Notes: generated by a model not told the origin, from the sequence alone. A stretch of 29,531 bases of DNA from an uncultured Lentimicrobiaceae bacterium (GCA_964480685.1 CAYZQG010000001.1:1-29531), one strand, 5' to 3'; positions 19,396-28,308 are shown, numbered from the stretch's first letter. A program made the numbers and translations.

Positions 19396-21918
19396 ATGAA
19401 AACAATTATAAAAAGCAAATTTTTAGGAGTATTATGTTTCCTTTTTTTAATAAATATACTTTATGGAAATGCAATAGATACAAACACGGCTAAAACGGTA
19501 GTTGAAACATTTTGGAAATCAACTTATTTATCAAATATTCAAAAAAACACTAATGATTTTCAACTTGTTTACCAAGCAAAAGCCACACAAAAAGACTACA
19601 ACCAAGAAACCTTTTATTATGTATATAATGTTTCGGGTCAAGGTTTTGTCATAATTTCGGGTGATGACAGGGTTACGCCAATTTTAGGATATTCAAACGA
19701 AAATTCCTTTGACCCGAATCAAATTCCACCCGCACTTGCCGAAATTTTAAAACAATATCAGCAAACCATTGAATATGTTATAAAAAATAATGTACCGGCA
19801 TCAAACGAAATTACAGTTTCGTGGCAAAATCTAAAAACCGGACATCCTTTATGTCAAAAAGCCACACAAACATCGGTTGAGCCATTAATAAAAACCAATT
19901 GGAGCCAGAGCAAGCCATATAATAATTTATGCCCTTTAGATACTTCTCAAATGAAACACTGTGTTACCGGATGCGTAGCAACTGCTATGGCACAAATGTT
20001 ATATTATTGGAAAAAACCCACACATGGATACGGAGCACATTCCTATATTCTTTATCCATACGGCACCTTATACGCTGATTTTCAAAATACGGTTTATCAG
20101 TACGATTCTATGCTTCCTACATACGCCGATACAAATGCTATATTAGGAAAAGATGAAATAGCCACATTAATGTATCATTGTGGTGTTAGTGTAAATATGA
20201 ATTACGGTGTTGAAAGCAGCGGTGCACAATTAATTGAAAATCAATACAATTATCAAAATGCGGAAAAAGCGTTAAAAAATTACTTCGGATTTTATGAAGT
20301 CATAGGAAAATCCAAGTACGAATTTACCGATTCGGAATGGATTAACTTGATTAAAAACGACTTGGATTCGGGTCGTCCGGTATTGTATGCCGGTTCTAAT
20401 ATCGGTTCACATGCTTTTATTTGTGACGGGTATGATGAAAACGATTATTTTCATTTTAATTGGGGATGGAACGGTCATTATAACGGATATTTTTTACTCT
20501 CAAATTTAACTCCTACCGATTGTGACTTTTCAGGAAATCAGCAAGCTATCTTTAATATTAAAACCGTTTCATTTACTTTAACTCCCGATTCAACGAATAT
20601 TGTTTATGTTACACCGGAAGGTGCGGGCAATGAAGATGGTTCATCATGGGATAATGCTACACCAAATTTAGCGTTTGCTCTTGGAAATTGCATTGATTAT
20701 CCACATACAATTTGGGTAAAAAAAGGTATATATCATGGGGATACCAATTCAAATACTGCATTTATACTTGCAGGTGGAAATAAAATGTACGGTGGTTTTG
20801 CCGGAAATGAAGGGTCCGATTATGATGTATCGTTACGTACATTGGATTCTAATAAAACCGTATTAGACGGTCAAAAAAAACAACAGGTACTTACTATATT
20901 GGAATCCTCGGACGAAAAAAGCCTTTGTGATGGATTTGTAATCTGCAATGGTTTTTTGGCAACTTCATATGCATTAGGTGGTGGTGTATTTATGGATAAA
21001 AACAGTTTATTGAAAAATTGTATCATTGAAAATAATTCATGTACAGGTGATTACAGCTTTGGTGGGGGCGTTTTTACATTCGGAGACTTACTGATCAATT
21101 GTATTATTCGTGCCAATTCATCCGAAAACTGCGGAGGCGGAATATACAATAACTCCGAAAGTTTCACCTTAATAAATAGTGTAGTTGCTTCCAATACAGC
21201 CACATCAGGCGCAGGTATTGTTTCATCCGGCAATGGAACATACATTAATTCTGATATTATCAACAATATAGCCTACGAAGATGGCGGTGGATTTATGATA
21301 AATAATTATGAAAATGAAGAAGTTATAAATTGCATTCTCTGGGGTAACTATCCGAATCAATGTACCAATAATTCGAATCTTGAATATTCAAATTGTGCCC
21401 TTCAAGATATAATTAGCGGATTTGGCAACTTTACACTCGAAGCCGAAAACAACGGAATAGATACCTCTAAAAATTATGTTCGTTTTGAAGATTTTGCTAA
21501 TGGCAATTATCAATTAATGAAGAACTCTGCTTGTATTGATGCCGGAAGTATGGAAAATTATCCTTTCGACACCTTAACCGGTGATTTATATGGTAACGCA
21601 CGTATAATTAACAACTTAATTGACATTGGTGCTTGTGAATATACTTATTATCAAGCTATTACCGATTTTACTACTAATGAAAGTATAATAATTTATCCTA
21701 ATCCCATTACTTCATTTTTTAATGTTTATATTTCCGATATTTCAAACCATAGCTATTTTCTTACACTCTATGACAATGAAGGGAAAATAATTCTTAATCA
21801 ATCTATTAATTCAAATTTATCTCGAATAAATTTACCCATTGTTAGCAAAGGCTTATATTTCGTTCAACTTCAAAACGAAAATTTGGAACAGAAAACGTAT
21901 ACAATAGTTATAAAATAA
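19396..21918 (+). CDS. C10 (streptopain/SpeB-like) cysteine peptidase with propeptide, beta-helix region, choice-of-anchor-Q-like motif and T9SS CTD
   Basis: Propeptide GFVIISGDDRVTPILGYS, W(S)Q..PYN, catalytic GCVATAMAQ, HAFICDGY and HFNWGW. GGG-repeat helix, SACIDAG...DIGACEY and C-terminal IYPNP...KGLYFV. Confidence 0.92.
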   Translation: MKTIIKSKFLGVLCFLFLINILYGNAIDTNTAKTVVETFWKSTYLSNIQKNTNDFQLVYQAKATQKDYNQETFYYVYNVSGQGFVIISGDDRVTPILGYSNENSFDPNQIPPALAEILKQYQQTIEYVIKNNVPASNEITVSWQNLKTGHPLCQKATQTSVEPLIKTNWSQSKPYNNLCPLDTSQMKHCVTGCVATAMAQMLYYWKKPTHGYGAHSYILYPYGTLYADFQNTVYQYDSMLPTYADTNAILGKDEIATLMYHCGVSVNMNYGVESSGAQLIENQYNYQNAEKALKNYFGFYEVIGKSKYEFTDSEWINLIKNDLDSGRPVLYAGSNIGSHAFICDGYDENDYFHFNWGWNGHYNGYFLLSNLTPTDCDFSGNQQAIFNIKTVSFTLTPDSTNIVYVTPEGAGNEDGSSWDNATPNLAFALGNCIDYPHTIWVKKGIYHGDTNSNTAFILAGGNKMYGGFAGNEGSDYDVSLRTLDSNKTVLDGQKKQQVLTILESSDEKSLCDGFVICNGFLATSYALGGGVFMDKNSLLKNCIIENNSCTGDYSFGGGVFTFGDLLINCIIRANSSENCGGGIYNNSESFTLINSVVASNTATSGAGIVSSGNGTYINSDIINNIAYEDGGGFMINNYENEEVINCILWGNYPNQCTNNSNLEYSNCALQDIISGFGNFTLEAENNGIDTSKNYVRFEDFANGNYQLMKNSACIDAGSMENYPFDTLTGDLYGNARIINNLIDIGACEYTYYQAITDFTTNESIIIYPNPITSFFNVYISDISNHSYFLTLYDNEGKIILNQSINSNLSRINLPIVSKGLYFVQLQNENLEQKTYTIVIK

Positions 21919-21988
21919 TTTTACTATTTTTGCTTTTTTATTGCTCTATTAAGAATATTTTTATTCTTATTATTTCATTTATTTTAAT

Positions 21989-21996
21989 TACTTTTG
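21989..21996 (+). promoter_or_regulatory. -7 element (TACTTTTG) for the small-gene cluster
   Basis: Exact match 38 nt before ATG 22035. A second match, TATTTTTG, lies at 21925-21932. Confidence 0.6.
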
Positions 21997-22034
21997 TAAA
22001 GAAAGAACAATTGACTTCCATTAAACATAAGACT

Positions 22035-22745
22035 ATGTCCGACAATATTATATCTCAAATAAAAGAAGCATTAACGACCTATTCCGATGAAAAAACGAAA
22101 GCTTCTACCCTACATTTTTTCAAAGAAAAAATCGAATTTTATGGAGTTGCCAGCTCGACCGTCCAAAAAATCGCTAAATCCTTTTATCAACAAATAACCC
22201 TTTTAAGTAAAAACGAAATTTTTAAACTATGCGACCAATTATGGAAATCGGGTATGATCGAAGAATCGTTTATAGCCTGCAGTTGGTCGTGTAGCCTTCA
22301 TAAACAATTTACCACTAATGATTATTTTCGTTTTCAAGAATGGGTCGAAAAATATGTAACTAATTGGGCTTCATGTGACACATTATGTAATCATACCCTT
22401 GGAAGATGTATTGAAATGTATCCCGAGCACCTTGTCGATTTAAAAAAATGTGCAACATCCCATAATCGTTGGGTACGACGAGCCGCTGCCGTTAGCTTGA
22501 TTATTCCTGCACGAAAAGGAAAATTTCTCAACGATATTTTTGAAATTGCCGATATTTTATTGCTTGATAAAGACGATTTGGTTCAAAAAGGCTACGGTTG
22601 GATGTTGAAAGCTGCATCGCAAGCTCATCAACAAGATGTGTTTGAATATGTTGTAAAAAACAAAGCAAGTATGCCTCGTACCGCACTACGCTATGCCATT
22701 GAAAAAATGCCAAAAGAAATGAAAATAATTGCTATGCAAAAATAA
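22035..22745 (+). CDS. AlkD-like DNA alkylation repair protein (HEAT-repeat); start corrected to MSDNIISQIK
   Basis: FYGV, NWASCD, WVRRAAAV, DDLVQKGYGWMLK and MPRTALRYAIEK. The ORF-track start at 21930 overlaps promoter elements. Confidence 0.9.
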   Translation: MSDNIISQIKEALTTYSDEKTKASTLHFFKEKIEFYGVASSTVQKIAKSFYQQITLLSKNEIFKLCDQLWKSGMIEESFIACSWSCSLHKQFTTNDYFRFQEWVEKYVTNWASCDTLCNHTLGRCIEMYPEHLVDLKKCATSHNRWVRRAAAVSLIIPARKGKFLNDIFEIADILLLDKDDLVQKGYGWMLKAASQAHQQDVFEYVVKNKASMPRTALRYAIEKMPKEMKIIAMQK

Positions 22746-22770
22746 GGTAATCCTGTATAATTAATAATTT

Positions 22771-23145
22771 ATGAATAAAAAAATCGACTATAAACAATAC
22801 ATGAACATTAAATATAAACATCAAGAAATTATTGATGTTCCCTCCGTGATAAATGAATGTACGGACAAATGGTTCAACCAAACACTTTCCAAAGTAAACG
22901 ATAGTGTGGTAAGAATCGGAATTGTTGAAGGAGAATATCACTGGCATAAACATGATAACGAAGATGAATTCTTTTTTGTGTTAGAAGGAATGCTTTACAT
23001 TGACTTGGAAGATAAAACAATTGAATTAAATAAAAATCAAGGCATTACTATCTCTAAGGGCATTTTACATCGTCCCAGAGCAACACAAAAAACAATTATG
23101 CTTATGGTTGAAACCGATAGTATTGACCCCATAGGAACCAATTAA
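22771..23145 (+). CDS. Cupin-domain protein
   Basis: GEYHWHKHDNEDEFFFVLEG and KGILHRP cupin motifs. Confidence 0.9.
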   Translation: MNKKIDYKQYMNIKYKHQEIIDVPSVINECTDKWFNQTLSKVNDSVVRIGIVEGEYHWHKHDNEDEFFFVLEGMLYIDLEDKTIELNKNQGITISKGILHRPRATQKTIMLMVETDSIDPIGTN

Positions 23146-23156
23146 TAAGTTATTGA

Positions 23157-23633
23157 ATGAAATACATTTGCTCATTAATTACGGTAAGCGATATTCAACG
23201 TTCTCGGGAGTTTTATGAACATTGTTTGCATCAAAAAGTAAAATACGATTTCGGCGAAAATGTAACCTTTCACGGTGATTTTGCTTTACATTTACAATCA
23301 CATTACAAACAACTTATTGATAACAAAGAAATAAAAACCGGAAGCAATAATTTTGAACTTTATTTTGAATTTGACCAATTGGAAGAAATGGTTAGCGATT
23401 TAAAAGCAAAGCATGTTGAATTTATCCATGAAATTAGAGAACAACCTTGGAGACAAAAAGTTGTACGTTTTTATGATCCGGATCAAACCATTATTGAAGT
23501 TGGAGAATCGATGGAACACCTTTGTTTCCGTTTACATAACGATGGAATGTCAACGAATAAAATTTCCAAAGCCACCGGGCTACCGCTTGAATATGTTGAA
23601 ATAAGTATAAAAAACACTAAAAATAATGTATAA
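23157..23633 (+). CDS. Glyoxalase/VOC-family protein with a short C-terminal helical extension
   Basis: VSDIQRSREFY, NFELYFE, EQPWRQKVVRFYDPD and IIEVGE. Confidence 0.88.
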   Translation: MKYICSLITVSDIQRSREFYEHCLHQKVKYDFGENVTFHGDFALHLQSHYKQLIDNKEIKTGSNNFELYFEFDQLEEMVSDLKAKHVEFIHEIREQPWRQKVVRFYDPDQTIIEVGESMEHLCFRLHNDGMSTNKISKATGLPLEYVEISIKNTKNNV

Positions 23634-24636
23634 TCCATTAAAAAATTATAACAATATGTTACCTTTAAAAAACACTCGCAGTCTTGTAATCATTATCTCA
23701 ATTTTATCTATTATCAATGGATTACAAGGGCAAAATAAAAATGATAGCCTTTACACCGCTACCGAAACGACCTTACAAACCACAACCGGTTCCTTATATG
23801 GAACATTAACCATCCCAAAAGAACAATCCACGATGCCGGTAGTCCTTATTATAGCCGGTTCCGGTCCCACCGATAGAGATGGAAATTCTATATTAGGAGT
23901 TAAAACCGACACCTATAAACAACTTGCAGAAGCTTTAGCCAACAATGGAATTGCCTCATTACGTTACGATAAACGAGGTATTGCTGCTAGCAAAGATGCC
24001 ATGGAAAGTGAAGAAGATTTGGTTTTTGAAACCTACATTAACGATGCTAAAGCATGGATTTCGCTTTTAAAAGCAGACAAACGTTTCTCGAAAATTATTG
24101 TACTCGGACATAGTGAAGGTTCGTTAATAGGTATGGTTGCCGCTCAAGAAAGTGGTGTAGATCAATATATTTCCATTGCAGGAATTGGCAGACGTATAGA
24201 TTTTGTGTTGAAAGAACAATTAAAAGGCAAATTACCTACTTATTTAGAGGAAGAATCGAATAAAATTCTTGAAAACCTAACAAACGGATATGAAGTTTCG
24301 GAGGTAAGTAAAGACCTTTATGCTTTGTACCGACCAAGTGTTCAACCTTATATGATTTCGTGGTTAAAATTTAATCCGGTTGTGGAAATCCAAAAACTCA
24401 ATATTCCTATTTTAATTATTCAAGGTACAACCGATATACAAGTTACTGTAAATGATGCTCAATTACTTGCAGCAGGAAAACCGGAGTCCACGTTGGTAAT
24501 CATCAAAAACATGAATCATGTTTTAAAAAAGTCAAGTGTTGAACTGAAAGAAAACAAGGCAACCTATAATAAACCCGAATTACCCTTAATAAAAGGTTTA
24601 GTTAAAAAAATCGTAACATTTATCTATCCACACTAA
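23626..24636 (+). CDS. Secreted alpha/beta hydrolase (start may be 23656)
   Basis: GSGPTDRDGN, RYDKRG, nucleophile GHSEG, QGTTD and MNHVLK (Ser-Asp-His triad), plus a signal peptide. Confidence 0.9.
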   Translation: MYNPLKNYNNMLPLKNTRSLVIIISILSIINGLQGQNKNDSLYTATETTLQTTTGSLYGTLTIPKEQSTMPVVLIIAGSGPTDRDGNSILGVKTDTYKQLAEALANNGIASLRYDKRGIAASKDAMESEEDLVFETYINDAKAWISLLKADKRFSKIIVLGHSEGSLIGMVAAQESGVDQYISIAGIGRRIDFVLKEQLKGKLPTYLEEESNKILENLTNGYEVSEVSKDLYALYRPSVQPYMISWLKFNPVVEIQKLNIPILIIQGTTDIQVTVNDAQLLAAGKPESTLVIIKNMNHVLKKSSVELKENKATYNKPELPLIKGLVKKIVTFIYPH

Positions 24637-24641
24637 TCATT

Positions 24642-25052
24642 ATGCAAAAATTTAAATCAACAATTGAATGGAAAATATTTCTTACCGTTCTGATTTTCAT
24701 CGGAATATTTTCTATTATTATGATTTACAAACAAATATGGGTCGGTTTAACCATTAATATAATCGTATTTGCTTTCATTTTTTACATTTTATTTTTCACC
24801 TGTTATATCCTTAAAAATAATGAATTGATAATAAAAAGCGGATTTTTTATTTTAAAAACAATTCGAATTAGTTCCATACATAAAATTGTTGATACCGACA
24901 AATCCATTGGAAACACTACCCCTTCACAGCATCGAATTATAATATATTACAATGAAAAAGATTCTGTTTTGATTTCACCTATAAACAAAACCGAATTTTT
25001 AAACCGATTAAGGCAAATAAACCCGAAAATTAACATTGCCATTAATCCATAA
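24642..25052 (+). CDS. Bacterial PH-domain membrane protein
   Basis: Two N-terminal TM segments, then Y.L...LIIKSG...I.I..I.KI and VLISP.NK..F...L...NP.I. Confidence 0.78.
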   Translation: MQKFKSTIEWKIFLTVLIFIGIFSIIMIYKQIWVGLTINIIVFAFIFYILFFTCYILKNNELIIKSGFFILKTIRISSIHKIVDTDKSIGNTTPSQHRIIIYYNEKDSVLISPINKTEFLNRLRQINPKINIAINP

Positions 25053-25097
25053 ACATTTTTTGGATATTAGCAATGTATACTTTACTAATCACAATGT

Positions 25098-25420
25098 ATG
25101 AAAGAATTTTCTATTATTATTTTAGGCACTTGTTTTTTTTATATTTTTACGGATGTAATACATTATAAATCAAATACAATATCAACAAAACCGGTGATGC
25201 AACAGGTCAAGTTATCGGCAAATTTGCTTCGGGAGTCTCTAATGGTTAAAAAAAGCTATTAAACCTAGTATTGAAACAAAGGAAACGATAAAAGATAAAG
25301 GGATTAACTTCGGTTAAATGTCAATTATTCCGGATTCACTTGGATTTGACAATACGTTGATTGTCTATGTAATTTTAAACAAACCCTTTCAACGGCAAAA
25401 GTTTGCTCATAAGCATGATG
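25098..25420 (+). pseudogene. Decayed lipoprotein gene
   Basis: Across frames it reads MKEFSIIILGTCFF/LYFYGCNTL*IKYNINKTGDATGQVIGKFASGVSNG*/KAIKPSIETKETIKDKGINFG*MSIIPDSLGFDNTLIVYVILNKPF. It has a lipobox-like FYGC, at least 2 frameshifts and 3 stops. The end coordinate is approximate. Confidence 0.55.
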
Positions 25421-25699
25421 GTAATTTAATGTAATACATACGACCGGTTTTTGATTAGTTTCAAGTGATTGGTAAAAAGCTCGTCTTTCCATTCCAATAT
25501 AAAAAATAAGATCGAATTTCCAACAAGTGAACCTTCGTACTTGAAAATTAAATACGATTTACTATTGATTTTCACTATACAATGCTTATTTACCGTGAAG
25601 ATTATTCGGATATTATCGGCAAGTTCATCGGAAATAATGACATTGAAATTAACTACACCCCATTTGATAAGTTTTTTTATCAAAGCCTCTTAGTTCGAA

Positions 25700-26219
25700 T
25701 TAATCAATCATTACCAAAAGGCACCAAAGCATTTGTAAACCAACGAAGAGGCAAAGGCATGGGAGAGCAAGTCAGCAATGCTTTGTAGCTTTTCAAAAAG
25801 CATAAAGTCGTTTTTGGATTTTCTTCCATGATTACCCATCTGAATATAAACGATGTATTAAATATCAATTGGCTTCATTCCCTATGGACTTACGGTGCTA
25901 AATTCGAATGTGTCATTGACTATATTCCCTCCCCTAAAACAATAGACAAAAGCTTAATCCTCAGCGAGTAAAATAAAACATCCAAACGAAATAAAATAGC
26001 AGATTTAAACAAAACATCTAATTTACCCTCTTTAATTTTCCGGAAGACGAGTACAAACGAACAGTCTGTAAATCAGCTTGAAACGGATTTATCCACATCA
26101 ATGCCAACGGCAATGTGGAACCTTGCCCCTTTTCGCAGTATGCTGCCGACAACATCCGCGATAAATCTATTTTATAAATCCTTAACTCACCGTATTTCAT
26201 CCAATTACGCACTGAATTT
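25700..26219 (+). pseudogene. Radical SAM/SPASM protein remnant (central and C-terminal part only)
   Basis: QRRGKG...L*LFKKHKVVFGFS...DYIP...F(fs)PEDEY...CKSA*NGFIHINANGNVEPCPFSQYAADNIRDKSIL*ILNSPYFIQLR. Stops at 25786, 25969, 26079 and 26175, with a frameshift near 26038. There is no CxxxCxxC. The start coordinate is approximate. Confidence 0.8.
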
Positions 26220-26501
26220 GATGATGCCGGTTTTCGCACCTTCGATTCGGTATATCGCCTGAATGCCATTTTCGGGCAAACGAGTTTTACCGTTATTTCT
26301 CAAGAATTTTACAATCGAAGAGCTATTTATATTGCAAAATCTCTGCATTTGAATGCCGTAGGTTTTAATGCCAATGACGTTGATGCTTACAATGGCTTTA
26401 AAACCAAACTTCGTGAAAAATTTGCTTGCGTAAAAGCCCTTTTAGATATTGCCTTTCGTCAACAACCTAAATTCTTAGGCGAAAAAATTAGTATTGAATA
26501 A
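26220..26501 (+). pseudogene. sanA: SanA/YdcF (DUF218) C-terminal fragment without a start codon
   Basis: DAGFRTFDSVYRLNAIFGQTSFTVISQEFYNRRAIYIA...GFNANDV...KTKLREKFACVKALLD...QPKFLGEKISIE* matches the SanA C-half (D-Y-A-G-F-R-T, SQxFHxxRA, PKFLG). Confidence 0.85.
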
Positions 26502-26620
26502 TATTCCCCTTTATTAGGAAAATACCACTACAAACAGGGATTCTCAAACCTTTTTAATATACGGATTTTAAAATTTCAAACAATAATTATTGATAAATCG
26601 TACTCATTTTAGTAGTCTCT

Positions 26621-26711
26621 ATCCGTATTGTCCGATAAAAACTGAGGCATTCTGAACAAAGTAAAGCGAAGAATCACAACCTATCTATAAATTTTATCGG
26701 AGAATACGGAT
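26621..26711. repeat. 91-bp element bounded by 20-bp inverted repeats (19/20 identity); MITE/REP-like
   Basis: ATCCGTATTGTCCGATAAAA (26621-26640) versus TTTTATCGGAGAATACGGAT (26692-26711), with a 51-nt spacer. Confidence 0.8.
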
Positions 26712-26761
26712 TCTCCATTACCCATTTTTTATTTAACATGTTATTTGTTATTTTTTTTTTA

Positions 26762-26769
26762 TATCTTTG
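26762..26769 (+). promoter_or_regulatory. -7 element (TATCTTTG) for the DUF2147/DUF1295 genes
   Basis: Exact match 27 nt before ATG 26797. Confidence 0.72.
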
Positions 26770-26796
26770 CAGTCTTAATTTTAAAAATATATTTGT

Positions 26797-27234
26797 ATGA
26801 AAAAGACATGTTTCTTGATTTTTGCATTAGCAACCTTAACGTTAAGTGGATTTTCTCAAATCGATAAAATCTTAGGCAAATGGAAAACCATTGATGATGA
26901 AGATGGTACAGCCAAATCCATCGTATACATCTACAAAGCCACCAATGGAAAATATTACGGAAGAATTGAAAAACTATTTAAAGATGCCGACAAAACATGT
27001 ACGGAATGTCAAGGTTCTAATAAAAATAAACCTATTTTAAACATGGTTATTATAAACGGTATGGAATTAAAAGACAATGAACTCACCGGAGGAACCATTT
27101 TAGATCCAAATAATGGAAAAGTCTATTATTGTACCATTAGTTATGATCCTCAAACAAAAAAATTAAAAGTCCGCGGATCGTTAGACAAAGGTGGCTGGAT
27201 AGGTCGTAATCAAACCTGGATACGCGAACAATAA
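26797..27234 (+). CDS. DUF2147-family exported beta-barrel protein
   Basis: Signal peptide, GKWKTIDD, YYGRI, GGTILDPNNGKVY, LKVRG and GRNQTW.R. Confidence 0.9.
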   Translation: MKKTCFLIFALATLTLSGFSQIDKILGKWKTIDDEDGTAKSIVYIYKATNGKYYGRIEKLFKDADKTCTECQGSNKNKPILNMVIINGMELKDNELTGGTILDPNNGKVYYCTISYDPQTKKLKVRGSLDKGGWIGRNQTWIREQ

Positions 27235-27300
27235 TCCAATGTTAAAAGTGTACGATGTATGTACACTTTTTTTTATTGTAACAATCTAATAACAAATATC

Positions 27301-28227
27301 ATGAAAATCTCATCAACAGCAATTTTACTTTTTATTACACTATTTGCCGTTCCCGTGATTGCCTATTTTTTTGGTACTTCATTAGGCGTTTTAGAATGGC
27401 AAGCACTTCATACACTAATATTAATTGCCATTATTGCCATTGCTTACTCATTTATTGTAGGTGAATTAACCGGTAATAACAGTCAAGTAGATAAATTATG
27501 GAGTATATTACCCATTGTGTATGTTTGGGTAGTTGCCGGATACGGAAGTTTTACCCCACGCTTGGTTTTAATGGCTATTTTAGTTAGTTTGTGGGGCATA
27601 CGCCTTACAACCAATTTTGCCATGAAAGGTGCTTATCAATGGCGTTTCTGGACGGGTGAAGAAGACTATCGTTGGAAATACCTTAGAGCTAAACCCGAAT
27701 TTCAACCTCGTTGGAAATGGATGCTATTTAATTTCTTTTTTATTTGCATTTACCAACACACACTCATTCTTCTTTTTTCACTCCCTTCGTTAATAGCCCT
27801 TCAATTCAACCACACTCCCCTGCAATGGTTTGATTTTATTATTGCCGGAGCTATCCTCTTTTTTATTCTTTTTGAAATGATTGCCGATATTCAACAATGG
27901 AATTATCAAAGTAAAAAATGGGCGTTGATTAATTCCGGCAAGCTATTAATCGATGATTATAAAAAAGGCTTTTTAGATAAAGGCTTGTGGGCTTATAGCC
28001 GTCATCCTAATTATTTCGCCGAACAAACGATCTGGATATGTTTCTATTTCTTTGGCGTAGCTGCCGGCGGGCAATGGTTAAATTGGTCTATTGCCGGTTG
28101 CTTGTTGCTTATCGTACTCTTTCAGGGAAGTGCTACTTTCAGTGAAAGTATTAGTGCTGAAAAATATCCTCAATATAAAGACTATCAAAATAAAACATCA
28201 CAATTTATCCCTTTTCTTAAAGGTTAA
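27301..28227 (+). CDS. DUF1295 / steroid 5-alpha-reductase-like membrane protein (start probably 27301 rather than 27259)
   Basis: NNSQVDKLWS, WGIRLT, EDYRW, EMIADIQQW, GLWAYSRHPNYFAE and Y..YQ..TS.FIP. Confidence 0.88.
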   Translation: MKISSTAILLFITLFAVPVIAYFFGTSLGVLEWQALHTLILIAIIAIAYSFIVGELTGNNSQVDKLWSILPIVYVWVVAGYGSFTPRLVLMAILVSLWGIRLTTNFAMKGAYQWRFWTGEEDYRWKYLRAKPEFQPRWKWMLFNFFFICIYQHTLILLFSLPSLIALQFNHTPLQWFDFIIAGAILFFILFEMIADIQQWNYQSKKWALINSGKLLIDDYKKGFLDKGLWAYSRHPNYFAEQTIWICFYFFGVAAGGQWLNWSIAGCLLLIVLFQGSATFSESISAEKYPQYKDYQNKTSQFIPFLKG

Positions 28228-28275
28228 TTTGTAATTCAATTTTTATTCTTCGATTTCAATTTTCGGCATTATTAT

Positions 28276-28290
28276 TGCAACATTGTTGCA
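28276..28290. promoter_or_regulatory. Perfect 7-1-7 palindrome TGCAACA-T-TGTTGCA; candidate operator of the adjacent Fur-family regulator
   Basis: Exact inverted repeat ending 18 nt before ATG 28309. It overlaps a one-mismatch -7-like sequence (TATTATTG). Confidence 0.7.
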
Positions 28291-28308
28291 TTTGAAACAC
28301 TGTTGAAT

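Noticed and set aside
7991-22034. Extended ORF-track starts for sodB (8062), topA (13174) and the AlkD-like gene (21930)
   Set aside because: The extensions are non-homologous and overlap -7 promoter elements or predicted UTRs. Later ATGs give canonical N-termini.
22035-25052. Integron-like cassette array
   Set aside because: Intergenic gaps are 25 nt or less, or overlapping, leaving no room for attC sites. No integrase is present in the window.
25133-25140. T8 tract as a phase-variation switch for the lipoprotein
   Set aside because: Restoring the frame still meets three stops and another frameshift, so the gene is dead either way.
25582-25788. 68-aa ORF as a standalone gene
   Set aside because: Only its 3' part carries radical SAM similarity, which continues past the stop. 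It is an accidental ORF across a pseudogene junction.
26018-26269. Minus-strand 83-aa ORF
   Set aside because: Antisense to the recognisable radical SAM/SanA remnants.
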